Shown one piece after another: positions 18,077 through 28,094 of a stretch of 64,000 nt of DNA (position 1 is the first letter of the stretch; every line of letters starts with the position of its first letter). Below the pieces are notes generated by a model. That model had not been told where the DNA came from. It was given only the letters and a program-made list of their open reading frames with translations, and did no database searches. The stretch is from a virus. Made by a program: the position numbers and the translations under genes. The stretch spans positions 6,539-70,538 of the IMG/VR virus record IMGVR_UViG_3300034418_010679; one strand, given 5' to 3'.

Positions 18077-18579
18077 ACTGACCAACCTGCTTTTGCGATA
18101 ACCCAACTGTCTGCTTTGTCGTATGACTCTGGACGTGGGTTGCCCTTTGTCGTGTATTGTATATCAAAAGTGGGGTCGTTGTCAAGAACAAATTGTAGAA
18201 CAACGGGTTTTGCTTTTGTGCCACGGGGAACTTTGATGCCTACTGCTCGCCTTGCTTCGCCTGCGGTTAGATACTGTGGCTGGACTCCAAAAAGGGTGTA
18301 GGCTATCCAGCTAACGACTCCGTTGAATCTTTGTAGCGCTGCCATGGTCTTGGCAGAAGAGCCACCGGAGTTGAAAAACATAAACGGTTGCTCAATAAAA
18401 ACTTCGGTTATTTTAACCTCGCTTTTAATGGTTGTCAAGTATTCTTTTATTTTTTCTGCCTTGACAAAAAAGTCTTTATGTTTGCGGAGGTCTATTGCTG
18501 AACAAAGTACAACATCTCCGTTGGTGTCTATTACAGACACACCTGTGATGGACGTTGAAACGTCAAGTGCTAATATCAT
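18043..18579 (-). CDS. RuvC-like Holliday junction resolvase
   Basis: ILALDVSTSITG, VFIEQP and a C-terminal DKADSWVIA acidic catalytic pattern. Confidence 0.85.
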   Translation of the reverse strand: MILALDVSTSITGVSVIDTNGDVVLCSAIDLRKHKDFFVKAEKIKEYLTTIKSEVKITEVFIEQPFMFFNSGGSSAKTMAALQRFNGVVSWIAYTLFGVQPQYLTAGEARRAVGIKVPRGTKAKPVVLQFVLDNDPTFDIQYTTKGNPRPESYDKADSWVIAKAGWSVWKKSLSSAEH

Positions 18580-18591
18580 ACTGTTATTATA

Positions 18592-19680
18592 CTATAAGTC
18601 GATGTTGACTTTAAATGTGTAGCCATCTTCCTCGTCCTTTTTGACGGGTCTGGCTAGTTTGGCAATAGCGATAAGGTTTTTGTTGTCGTCGTAGATGCCA
18701 ATCTTTGAGATGTAGGTGACGGGGGCAAAGGGCTCTTCACCATTTACATAATCTGACTTTACTGCGTTTATAACAGTAGAGCCTGTGGGCTGGGTGTAGC
18801 TCTTTCTCTCTACATTTACAAACTTTGTGCTGCCACTTGTAATAAATGTTGGGTTATTAGAAAAGTTATATTCGTTCTTGCCAGCTTCACAAAGCATTGT
18901 CATAACCGGAACTGTGTTTGTGCCTTCAAACTCCATAACCCATGAACCGGAGTCTGGTGGGTTTGCTTCGTCGTATGGACCAAAGAAAGTCCATTTTGGA
19001 GCGGTAACGCTGCCATCCCAGGTGTCATCAGCAGAGTCAGACAGTTCTGCGGAAGATGAGAGAAGAATAAATCCCTCATTGTAAAGAACTGTGCCAACTG
19101 TTGAGCCTGAAAGGGAGGCTGTGCCGAATGTTTGTATTAGTGCGCCGTTGCTACCTCTGTCCTCTGCTCTGGCAACAAGGGTGCCTGTGAAATAACAACT
19201 AAGTTTTACAGAACCTTTTTTTATACTCTCGCCATAAAAGATGGCTGGAATAGAAATGAGGTTTACTGCCTCATTATCATAGTTCTCATAAGCATAAGAT
19301 GGGCTGAGGTATTTGTAATAGTTTAGTGTATTTTTGAGGGCTCTCTTGTAAGAGTCTGTCATTGGGTATTGACGACTAATAGAAGATGTGAGTGGGTATG
19401 AGCCTGAAATAGTTGCACCAGGGTTTAGTGCGTTGTAGGTTGCTTTCGTTGTAACTGTAAAACTATTTTTGGCAGCGTCTTTTGTTACAAAAGGATAGAC
19501 CAACTCCCCAGATGCTCTATCGACGTTTATCTCATAAAGAGATAATGAGCCAGAAGAAATGTTCTGCCCTTCATTTATTCTATCGTTATAATATGCATTA
19601 CCGCTGTGAAAATCCGCCCTCAAGCGAGGGTGGGTTTTCAAGAAATTAGTGAATACTTGATTCTCTGAAAATTTCTTCAT
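18592..19680 (-). CDS. Baseplate/tail-fibre attachment protein with tail-collar-like C-terminus
   Basis: C-terminal YISKIGIYDDNKNLIAIAKLARPVKK. Paralogous to the next gene (shared EFNYS.NP+ motif). Confidence 0.65.
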   Translation of the reverse strand: MKKFSENQVFTNFLKTHPRLRADFHSGNAYYNDRINEGQNISSGSLSLYEINVDRASGELVYPFVTKDAAKNSFTVTTKATYNALNPGATISGSYPLTSSISRQYPMTDSYKRALKNTLNYYKYLSPSYAYENYDNEAVNLISIPAIFYGESIKKGSVKLSCYFTGTLVARAEDRGSNGALIQTFGTASLSGSTVGTVLYNEGFILLSSSAELSDSADDTWDGSVTAPKWTFFGPYDEANPPDSGSWVMEFEGTNTVPVMTMLCEAGKNEYNFSNNPTFITSGSTKFVNVERKSYTQPTGSTVINAVKSDYVNGEEPFAPVTYISKIGIYDDNKNLIAIAKLARPVKKDEEDGYTFKVNIDL

Positions 19681-20819
19681 TAGTAATCAAGTCTTACCCT
19701 CAACACGTACTCGGTTTCTGGTGTCTTGCGAAGTGGCTCGGAAAGCTTTGCAACAGCCAGTAGTTCGTTGTTGGCAGAGTAAAGACCAACGGTTGTGATG
19801 TATGACACTGGTGTGTCTGTTGGGTCATCCTTTACAACAATCTTTGATGAAGATAGGTAGGATGGGTTTGCTGAGTAGTTGAACTCGTTGTGTCCTGCGC
19901 GGCAGAAGTAAATGGATGAGTTTAGCTCAGTTGTGTTGTTGAAAGAAATATTATCAAGGCGGTGACGGAAGTTGTCTGCAAAATCGTCAGCAGATGCTGA
20001 GGCAATCATATTCTCTAGGTTAACCTCTCCAAAGGATGCGGAGTATTGTTCTGCTCCTGTACCCTCACCAATCACGGGGAAAGCAGCGTTAACGCCTGAG
20101 CCGGTGATTGGTAAAACAACCACACCTGCTTGGTAAAAGATCAGACCAGCAAAAGACAAACCGTTAGTACCAACATTAGCAAATTGCGTGTTGTATGGTG
20201 CAGCGGGTGGTCCAGAAAGTGCAACGCCAGTTTGCTCAGTAACATAAAGAACGCCATATTCACCAGCAGGAGAGTTAATGCGATAATCACTAGCGGCTCC
20301 TTGGTCGGCGTATGTTAGTGCCTCAACGGGATTTGCATAGTTGCCAGACATATAAACCTTTAAAGAAAAGGTGCCCTTTTGAATCTCATCTTTGTAAAGA
20401 AGTCGAGAAAAGTTAATAAAAAATACATTATCGTATTTATTTCCTTCTGTCAAGTCGCCATTTTCATCAAACTTGCGAAGATCGCCATTTTGATCAAAAC
20501 CGGCAAGAACTTGCGCCATGGAGTTGTAGACGTTGACACGCTTTCTTTTATCTGCGGCACTTAGCTCGGTTGCGTCATCGACAGTGCTTGTGTGAAAACC
20601 AACTGTAAGATCGTAGATGTGGTTTGCAGAGGAGCTTAGATAAGGGTAATCAAAAACTGACTCAAACATTCCGTGGGTGTATTTTCTAACATTATCATCA
20701 TTGGGGAATGTTCCGTAAGTTCCTGATGCCAACGTACCAGTTAGTGGAATCGCCTCGTGTAATAATGTTGTTACCGAGGTCTTATCGTTAGCGTTGAATT
20801 TTTTTCCAAATTGTGCCAT
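19680..20819 (-). CDS. Baseplate/tail-fibre attachment protein with tail-collar-like C-terminus
   Basis: C-terminal YITTVGLYSANNELLAVAKLSEPLRK...VRLDY. Confidence 0.65.
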   Translation of the reverse strand: MAQFGKKFNANDKTSVTTLLHEAIPLTGTLASGTYGTFPNDDNVRKYTHGMFESVFDYPYLSSSANHIYDLTVGFHTSTVDDATELSAADKRKRVNVYNSMAQVLAGFDQNGDLRKFDENGDLTEGNKYDNVFFINFSRLLYKDEIQKGTFSLKVYMSGNYANPVEALTYADQGAASDYRINSPAGEYGVLYVTEQTGVALSGPPAAPYNTQFANVGTNGLSFAGLIFYQAGVVVLPITGSGVNAAFPVIGEGTGAEQYSASFGEVNLENMIASASADDFADNFRHRLDNISFNNTTELNSSIYFCRAGHNEFNYSANPSYLSSSKIVVKDDPTDTPVSYITTVGLYSANNELLAVAKLSEPLRKTPETEYVLRVRLDY

Positions 20820-20831
20820 TTTTTTATCCTA

Positions 20832-21806
20832 CTAGAATGATTTGATTTTCACAAAGCGAAGCGGGATGCTCAAAGAGTATCCTGTTTTTGCACCAACAAC
20901 TCTAACTTCTGTATCGATGTTGTATACAGTTGTGTAGCTTCCATCGTCGGTAGAGTCTGATGTGTTACCAAACTTCTCAAAGAGGAAGTCTGAGAAAGCC
21001 AAGTTGTCTGATGCGAACACGCTGAAACGGAGTGCGTTTCTGTTGTATGGACCATCAATTGCAGATGGGCTTGACGTGTCAGTTGTGGCTGGGTCTCTGA
21101 TGGTTACAAAGTTTTCAGCGTTTACTGCGTTACCTTGACTAATAACGTATGTTGCAATGTTGTCGTCATCGATAAATGCTGGTTGTAGTGTGTCGCCATT
21201 TGGCTTCACCAGTGTGCCGAGTCTGTTATCTAGGTAAACAAAGTAATCTGTTTCTGTCAAGTCGTTTGCTAGGTTCTCTGTGAAAGAAACCTGTGTGGTG
21301 TTCAAGCCTTGGTGAATAGTGATAGAGTTCTTTGTTCTATCGCCTGTGCTTCTTGCCAAGAAGTTGCCTGGGAGTAGGTTCTTAGCTGGTGAGCGGCTTG
21401 AGAAGCCGTATATTGTACCAGTGTTTGTTCCAAAGTCGCCATCAGCGTTCACTAGGGCAACGTATGTGCCGATGCTGCTTGTAGCAAAGCCTGCTCCGTT
21501 GGCGTCAGATGTTTCTAGCTTTTCGATTGGCAAGTAAAGAAGGCTTGTGTTTGAGTATGTGACTAGCTTTGACTTCATTGAAGCAATGTTATCTGTAATG
21601 GCTTCAAGAATTGGTGTTTGTAGAATATCCAAGTCTTGGTAAGCGCTACCAGTTGAAATGTTGTATTGAGAATAATCAATCTCATCGTCGCCTAGTGCGA
21701 ACTGTGAAATCTCAAAAGAACCATCACCTTGGGAAAGTCTCTTGCGACCAAGGTCGGTTAAGACGGCATCTAAGATAATGTCTCCTGAGTTGTTAAGAAA
21801 AGCCAT
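20832..21806 (-). CDS. Virion structural protein with tail-collar-like N-terminus
   Basis: N-terminal DAVLTDLGRKRLSQG...FALGDDEIDY. SD AAGGAG. Confidence 0.65.
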   Translation of the reverse strand: MAFLNNSGDIILDAVLTDLGRKRLSQGDGSFEISQFALGDDEIDYSQYNISTGSAYQDLDILQTPILEAITDNIASMKSKLVTYSNTSLLYLPIEKLETSDANGAGFATSSIGTYVALVNADGDFGTNTGTIYGFSSRSPAKNLLPGNFLARSTGDRTKNSITIHQGLNTTQVSFTENLANDLTETDYFVYLDNRLGTLVKPNGDTLQPAFIDDDNIATYVISQGNAVNAENFVTIRDPATTDTSSPSAIDGPYNRNALRFSVFASDNLAFSDFLFEKFGNTSDSTDDGSYTTVYNIDTEVRVVGAKTGYSLSIPLRFVKIKSF

Positions 21807-21828
21807 GTGTCATACTCCTTTACTTCAA

Positions 21829-21835
21829 TAAATAG
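21829..21835 (-). promoter_or_regulatory. Putative late promoter CTATTTA upstream of tail-collar-like genes
   Basis: Intergenic, 23 nt upstream of ATG 21806, just before SD AAGGAG. Confidence 0.55.
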
Positions 21836-21871
21836 ATTGTTCGATACTATTTTACCTTTTATCAACTAACT

Positions 21872-24373
21872 TCATGGTTCGGCTGAATCTTCCGTAATAA
21901 TCACAATGTCACCGCCTTCAAGTGGTATCTCATCATACTCAAAACCAGATGGTAGTTCTTTTTCTGAATTAATAACTTTTGTTTGCATTTCAAAGTGAAC
22001 ATTAATATCAAACTTTTTATTTGTTTTCTTCGACTTGATTCTCACCTTGTATGTTTTACCAAAGGGCGACTCTGTACCTAAACCGGCTGTTATCTGCCCA
22101 TTTTCTACCGATGGGCTAGTGTGTTGTGGACCAGCGGCAATGTACACAGACTTAGCAAATGAGTCAGAAGGTGAAACCTCTTTTGGTAATAGTTGGTCTT
22201 CAAAACTAAAAAGTTTTATTATTGGGTTGATGTAGCCATCGTCGTTTATAATACGGAAGCGGAAAACCGCTGATGGGTTTGAGACATTGCCGTTGAAGTC
22301 CTTGACCCTTCCTGTTATCCAGTAGTCCTTGTTGGGCTCAATATTCAATGTGTATGAAGAGCCAACAGGTTGGTTGTTGTCTTTTGCTTTCGCTATCTCA
22401 ACAGGGTCAGAGGTGTTCAAAATACTTATTTTTGTTGCTGTCGCAAAGTCTTCATACTTCTTTGGCTGCTCATCTGTGACAAACAACTCAAAAAACTCTG
22501 CGTCCTCTGACTCACTTTTGTAGTAAAGTTCATCTTTGTAGAAAGAATAGAACTGTCTAGCGTATTGCTCGGCTTTATTGTTTGCCTCGTTGTCCTCTAA
22601 CAAGATGTTTTGCCTCTTTGCACGGTACTGGTCGTTGAAACCGGCGAATAATACTGTCATTAGGTTGTCTGTTTGACGGTAAGCAAAGAGTTGTAGGTTT
22701 GGTGCAGCGGGTGCTGAGTCGTAAACCAAGATGCCATCTTGTGAGAAAAATGGGACTTCAATAAAGTTGACTGAGGGTCTTGCCTCGACCCTAAAAGCAA
22801 GGTCGGGTAGATCGTTTGTGCCCTCTGCCGCTGGCTCAAGAATAATGTTTTGTCCAACGAGGTCAATGGCGTCTTTTACACCTTCAAGTGCGCTCTCTGG
22901 AACCTTGTATAAATAATCTACTGCAACTGTAGCTCTGAGGGCGAACACTTCATATGTTGCATCTGCGCCCTCATTGAAGCGCAAGTTTGTATCAAAAACT
23001 TGAATGTTTTGCAAGGATGGGAAGTTTGGAACTATCCAGTGGCTTACTTTGCCTGTGTACTTGTCTGTCTTTGTTACTCGGTAGCAAACTGGCTCGCTGT
23101 AATTGGCGTTCAACCAGAAGTCTTCCTTGTCGCCAAGAGTATCAACAATAAGTTCTGTGACCTTTTTCTCAAATAAAAGTGAACTTAGTTTTTTCTGAAT
23201 GTTGGAGCATTTCTCTTGGTTTGTGCCCTTTGAAAGTTCAAAGTTGAGAAAGTCAGCGTCTTTGGCTAGCTCTTTTGCTCTAATAACTTTTGTATTGAAA
23301 GTTTCTACTTGCTCTCCGGTTTCTTGGCTGAAAACAGAGAACTCTTCGCTGCTGTCGAGCCAAGAAGCACCTTCATACTTGTCGGGGTTTTCAACTAGGT
23401 CTGTGTAGAGACCAAGGAACTGTTGAAAGAACGGGGCTATCTGTGGAGAGTTCAAAAAGTTTACGAAAGAAAAACCGCTCATTGAGTTCTTCTCGGTTGT
23501 AAACTCTGTTCTTGAATAGAATGGAACAAAGTCTCTCAAATCTTCTATTTGTTTTTCTATACTGACATATGGGGCTTGTTCTTTATATGTTGCAACGCTT
23601 CTAAGACGGTCTTCTGTAATATCGAGACAACCTTGTAAAAATGTGTTGTAAGAATCTAAGTCATAGAACACGACGTGGTTTAGACCTTTACTTTCATACA
23701 AACTGTAATTTGCATCTTTTCCTATTTCGTTCAAAGTCTTGCCATCGGGTTGAAAAAATGATGACTCAACAATTCGGTACATGGATGGAACAAAATCACT
23801 GTTTTGCGAAGTGTTTCCCTGAAACCTTTGGTATGGGTCGTCTTTAATGTATTTTTTGTAGTAAGAGCGAATCTTGTAGAAAAAGTGCGGAATGTTCTCT
23901 GCTTGTTTTGACTCTGCTATCTCTTCCTCGGTTGCGTCAGCAGGGAGAAAGAAAGACTCGTCAACAATTCTTCCGGCTGGAAACGAAACATCAAAGAACA
24001 AGTCTTTGTCAAAGATTGGTTCGGCAACAAGTTTAGTAGCCGCTTCTGCAATTTTTACAAAAATCAAAAATGCGGCTGCTGGCTTTGAGAAACCTTTTGC
24101 TTCTAGTTCTTTCTTGAATTGTTGAACCGCTTTATCACCGGCAAAGTTTTCCACTCTAAACTCATAAAGTTTTTTTGTCTCGTCGATCAAATTAAGTTTT
24201 TCAAATTTTATCTCAGACTCGCCGCCAAAAAGAAGTTTGTTCAAAAGAGCGAGGTCAACATCTGGCTTTATTTTTGTGCCAAGGTTGAATTGTTTCCTGA
24301 TGCTATCAATAATGCCATTGCCAACAAGGTCGGTTGGAATGTAAATCAAATTTTCTTTATATTTCTTATTCAT
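21872..24373 (-). CDS. Large hypothetical (probable virion) protein
   Basis: 833-aa ORF in the baseplate cluster. Has an FN3-like stretch (YWITGRVKDFNGNVSNPS). Confidence 0.6.
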   Translation of the reverse strand: MNKKYKENLIYIPTDLVGNGIIDSIRKQFNLGTKIKPDVDLALLNKLLFGGESEIKFEKLNLIDETKKLYEFRVENFAGDKAVQQFKKELEAKGFSKPAAAFLIFVKIAEAATKLVAEPIFDKDLFFDVSFPAGRIVDESFFLPADATEEEIAESKQAENIPHFFYKIRSYYKKYIKDDPYQRFQGNTSQNSDFVPSMYRIVESSFFQPDGKTLNEIGKDANYSLYESKGLNHVVFYDLDSYNTFLQGCLDITEDRLRSVATYKEQAPYVSIEKQIEDLRDFVPFYSRTEFTTEKNSMSGFSFVNFLNSPQIAPFFQQFLGLYTDLVENPDKYEGASWLDSSEEFSVFSQETGEQVETFNTKVIRAKELAKDADFLNFELSKGTNQEKCSNIQKKLSSLLFEKKVTELIVDTLGDKEDFWLNANYSEPVCYRVTKTDKYTGKVSHWIVPNFPSLQNIQVFDTNLRFNEGADATYEVFALRATVAVDYLYKVPESALEGVKDAIDLVGQNIILEPAAEGTNDLPDLAFRVEARPSVNFIEVPFFSQDGILVYDSAPAAPNLQLFAYRQTDNLMTVLFAGFNDQYRAKRQNILLEDNEANNKAEQYARQFYSFYKDELYYKSESEDAEFFELFVTDEQPKKYEDFATATKISILNTSDPVEIAKAKDNNQPVGSSYTLNIEPNKDYWITGRVKDFNGNVSNPSAVFRFRIINDDGYINPIIKLFSFEDQLLPKEVSPSDSFAKSVYIAAGPQHTSPSVENGQITAGLGTESPFGKTYKVRIKSKKTNKKFDINVHFEMQTKVINSEKELPSGFEYDEIPLEGGDIVIITEDSAEP

Positions 24374-27249
24374 TCTCTTGCTCCGATGCTTACGGCGCGA
24401 GTCGAGCGTGCTTTACTTGGATTTACTGCTGAACGGGATGGCAAACTAATTCCCTGGAAACCTATCAACGTTTGCGCCTGTTCCGCAGTTAATAGCTCTG
24501 GTGCTTCGCTCAAGAACGCAAATGGCGAAGGCACTGGTAGTGCGTTCACGGAGTTGCTGATAATAAAGTGTTCGTTTGTAATGTTGTACTCTGACAAAAT
24601 AGGAATGCCTGCTTTTAGCACCACTCTTGCAACCACATTTGATTCTGCGGGCAGTTGTGTAAAGAACTGTTTTGTTAGCGGTGTGTAAACTGGCTCAAAC
24701 TTTGAGTTGAGACCGGAGACATACTCTAACTGATAACTATTCATCAGTCTTGTAATAAATGATGCTGGGCGAAGTTTATACTCTGGCTCTCCAAGTAGTT
24801 GAGCAACCTTACCGTGCTTTTGGTCAATCTTGCTAATAACTTTTAGAAATACTGCTGTCTGGACAAAAGCGTTGGGGTAAGTTGCTTGGTCTAGATACAA
24901 TGACTTTGTTGCCTGTTGACCAAGTTGTTCTACCGCTGCTTGTAGGATGGCTTTTAGAGTTTGCTCAATAACACTTACCTTTTTTGTTATTTTCTTGCCA
25001 GCAAGTGGTTGGCGAGAGTTGTCAAGGTCTGATGGGATAAAGTTGTCTTGTGGTGGAAGCGCTGTCAAGGTTTTTTGTCCCGGCACTTCTATTGTAACAC
25101 CATCTGCTTCTAAAAGTTTACCCACTAAGTCAGACCGAGTTGTGTAAAAATTGTATGGAGCTTTGACTTCTAACTCTGCTGCTAACAATGTGTCTGTGTA
25201 AAGTTTTTCAAAGTCCTCGACATCTGTCACGAGGTTTATCATTGTGTCGTCGATTTTTACTGAAACTGGTGCAAATGATAGAACTTCGTCGTCGGCGTAA
25301 GCGTTGCTCTCTTCTGTGACTCCGTAAGAGTCGAGAGTTTGACCTTCCAAGTCTACTCTTGATGAAAGTGTCTGTGGGTTGACAAAGAAACCACTCTCAG
25401 TCGGCTCAGTTTGGTTTATAAAGTCATAAAAGACTCTTGCCTCTCGGTAGGTGTACCCTTTTTCAAAAACAAAGTTGAAGGTCTTGTAGGGCTCAAAATC
25501 TTTTTTCTTAGACTTGTTGCTTGATGTGGCAGATTGGTTTGGAATATTTATTCCTTCTGTCTCGGCTATCTTCAAGAGGGTTGTTTGTGCTTGGTTGTAT
25601 AACTCTTGTAATTCTTGGAACTGGTCAAAAGAAACTAACTTTCTGTCTTCGATAGTTATTTGTTTATTTGGCAACAAAAAGTTATAAACTTTGAATAATG
25701 AAGTTCTAAGCTTCCCATATAGTTGATTGTCGTTAGTGTAAAACTCACTATTGATGTAGTCGTCGGTAAAATATCCTGTTATGGGATTAAAAATTATCAA
25801 AGACTTTTTACCCGTTTCAAACGAAGAAACTATACCGTCCAAGGCATATTTTAGTAACCCTATTAGCGGCAGAACATAGTCAAATAAAGATTGTAGCGGA
25901 CTTTTCGCCGTGACAGTTACTCTATAATGAAACTCTCTCGGGTCATAAACATCTGTGAACTTGTAGCCAACAGTCATGCCACCGTTAAAAGAAAGTCCAG
26001 TTAAGGTTGCGGGGTCTGCGAGTTCTTCTATTGTTCCATCGTCAAACACCTTACTCATTTTTACACCCTGCAAAACATCTTTGTAAAGTTCTGGATTGTC
26101 TAAAAATGCTTGGTAGGATATTAGATTCTTTGATAAGTTTTTTTGACTTAGGAAAAATACCCCGTTTACCTCTTGACCGTACCCAATAGAAACCACTGGG
26201 TCTGAGATTACTTTTTCATTACCAGTATTCTGGGTAAAGGAGTAATATCCGTTATCTCCAAATGCTTTTCTAACTAATTCGTTTATACCACCCAAGGTAA
26301 ACTTATCAAGTGCGAACTGTGGTTTTTGTTCTGCAAGACTTACATCAACTATTTTATCAACACCAATATTCTGTGGTTGGAAGTTTTCAACGAGAGGAAG
26401 GGAAACATATTGCCTTACGGTGAAAATAAGTTTTTCATTCTCTCGGAACTCAACGTTTGGCACTAAAACTGCGTAAAGGTTTTTCAGTTGTGTGTCACCA
26501 AAAATAACTTGTAATTTCTGACTGTTTATTATTTTTGGAGCGGGTGGGTTACCGCTAATCTCTATTTGTTCGCTCGATACCTGTAAAGGCTTTGCAAAAG
26601 TAAATATTTGATCTTCTGTTGGATCTAACCCAACATAGTTGTTATCATTTAGTGCTGCTAGTATTCTATCAGCAAGTGTCACTATTTGTTTTACCTGTGA
26701 TGGAGTAGGAGATGTTTGTTCTGTCGTTGTTTCAGTCTCTATTACGCCTGGGGCGGGTTCTTCTTCTACTGTTTGGTTAACAGCGGCGGTTGGTGTCGAT
26801 GCCATTTTGAAGATGCATTTGTTTAGTTGCTGAACTGCCTGCTTCGCTGGTTCTGGTGCGTCAGCAGGAGTAGCGTCAATAAACTTTTTTACTTCTTGTG
26901 TTGTTGGCGTCTGAGTTCCGTTGTAAAGATAAAAGCCAACCTGCTCTGCAACTGCCACCAACTCTTTTATAAGCTCGTAGCGGTCTGGGTCATTTGTTAC
27001 TAAAACTTTTACATTGTAAAGGTCTGGCTGACCGCTTGTTGCATCGAGAATATCACGGAGAGAAAAACTGTCTAAAAAGTTTTCTACTTCAATAAGGTTT
27101 GTGTGACTAATGGTTAGTTCAAACTCTTCATCAGCGGCAGTGGAAAAGCTGCCAGCAGCGACGGGTGCATCAGTTGCTGCGCCCTCTGTCAACTGTCTAA
27201 CTGAAATACCATCAATACTTATTTCTGGAAGAATATCGTTGCAACTCAT
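24370..27249 (-). CDS. Large hypothetical (probable virion) protein
   Basis: 959-aa ORF with ATGA coupling on both sides. Confidence 0.6.
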   Translation of the reverse strand: MSCNDILPEISIDGISVRQLTEGAATDAPVAAGSFSTAADEEFELTISHTNLIEVENFLDSFSLRDILDATSGQPDLYNVKVLVTNDPDRYELIKELVAVAEQVGFYLYNGTQTPTTQEVKKFIDATPADAPEPAKQAVQQLNKCIFKMASTPTAAVNQTVEEEPAPGVIETETTTEQTSPTPSQVKQIVTLADRILAALNDNNYVGLDPTEDQIFTFAKPLQVSSEQIEISGNPPAPKIINSQKLQVIFGDTQLKNLYAVLVPNVEFRENEKLIFTVRQYVSLPLVENFQPQNIGVDKIVDVSLAEQKPQFALDKFTLGGINELVRKAFGDNGYYSFTQNTGNEKVISDPVVSIGYGQEVNGVFFLSQKNLSKNLISYQAFLDNPELYKDVLQGVKMSKVFDDGTIEELADPATLTGLSFNGGMTVGYKFTDVYDPREFHYRVTVTAKSPLQSLFDYVLPLIGLLKYALDGIVSSFETGKKSLIIFNPITGYFTDDYINSEFYTNDNQLYGKLRTSLFKVYNFLLPNKQITIEDRKLVSFDQFQELQELYNQAQTTLLKIAETEGINIPNQSATSSNKSKKKDFEPYKTFNFVFEKGYTYREARVFYDFINQTEPTESGFFVNPQTLSSRVDLEGQTLDSYGVTEESNAYADDEVLSFAPVSVKIDDTMINLVTDVEDFEKLYTDTLLAAELEVKAPYNFYTTRSDLVGKLLEADGVTIEVPGQKTLTALPPQDNFIPSDLDNSRQPLAGKKITKKVSVIEQTLKAILQAAVEQLGQQATKSLYLDQATYPNAFVQTAVFLKVISKIDQKHGKVAQLLGEPEYKLRPASFITRLMNSYQLEYVSGLNSKFEPVYTPLTKQFFTQLPAESNVVARVVLKAGIPILSEYNITNEHFIISNSVNALPVPSPFAFLSEAPELLTAEQAQTLIGFQGISLPSRSAVNPSKARSTRAVSIGARE

Positions 27250-28094
27250 TTGTCTTCACATACCACCTTTGATTTTGCGTTTGGTGCTCTTGTAGTAAGT
27301 AGTTCTGCTGAGAATAGTGACTCGGCGCTTTGGTCAAGAAACACTTCAAGGTTTTCGGTTAGTAGGTTGTCTACGTCTTCTCTAATAATTTCTACTTTTA
27401 GTTGCCTCTCGGTTATTTCTTGCGGGGTTTTGGGACTTGTGTCCTCCAAGATAAACAACTTTGGCTGAGATAGTGAAGTGGTAGAGCCTGTCATTTCATA
27501 AACTTCAATCTCAAAGTCCTCAGTAAAGTTGGTGAACTGTGTGTTCTCTTCTTTAAGTATAAAAAAGAGAGGATCTTCCGCTACATAAACCGTGTCTTCT
27601 GATGTGCTGTAAAAGTATCTGTAAGAGCAGGTTATGTTTAGTTGAGGAATGGTCATCGCAGCGTTGTCTACAACCTGTGCAGAACTGGTGAATAGACCAT
27701 TGATGTTGTTTGATAGAATCTCTAAGTCGAAGTATGGGGCTTGTTGAACTTGTGAGTTGTATGAGCCGAGAGGGGTCAAGTAAGGAGACTCGTTTAGGTA
27801 AATATCTTTTTTGATATTTTGAAAGTTTTGTTTACTCGACTTGAAGTTGGCTTGACCCTTTTCAACTGCTTCCTTAAACCTTGCATTTGTTTTTGGGTAT
27901 TGCGTCTCGTCAAGAATACGGTCTTGGATAAGATTTTGTGTTTCTTCTCCATCGGCATAACCAATATCGTAAAGAACATCATCATCGTAAAAAGCGTAGT
28001 ATTTTGGCTTGAAACGACCAAGTGATAAAAGCCTGCGACCCTCGGAGGTTAGTTGAACGTCAAAGACTTCTTCTTTTTTGTTAGAAAATGTCAT
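27246..28094 (-). CDS. Virion structural protein, paralog of the 20832-21806 N-terminus
   Basis: DVQLTSEGRRLLSLGRFKPKYYAFYDDDVLYD resembles DAVLTDLGRKRLSQG..FALGDDEIDY. Confidence 0.65.
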   Translation of the reverse strand: MTFSNKKEEVFDVQLTSEGRRLLSLGRFKPKYYAFYDDDVLYDIGYADGEETQNLIQDRILDETQYPKTNARFKEAVEKGQANFKSSKQNFQNIKKDIYLNESPYLTPLGSYNSQVQQAPYFDLEILSNNINGLFTSSAQVVDNAAMTIPQLNITCSYRYFYSTSEDTVYVAEDPLFFILKEENTQFTNFTEDFEIEVYEMTGSTTSLSQPKLFILEDTSPKTPQEITERQLKVEIIREDVDNLLTENLEVFLDQSAESLFSAELLTTRAPNAKSKVVCEDK

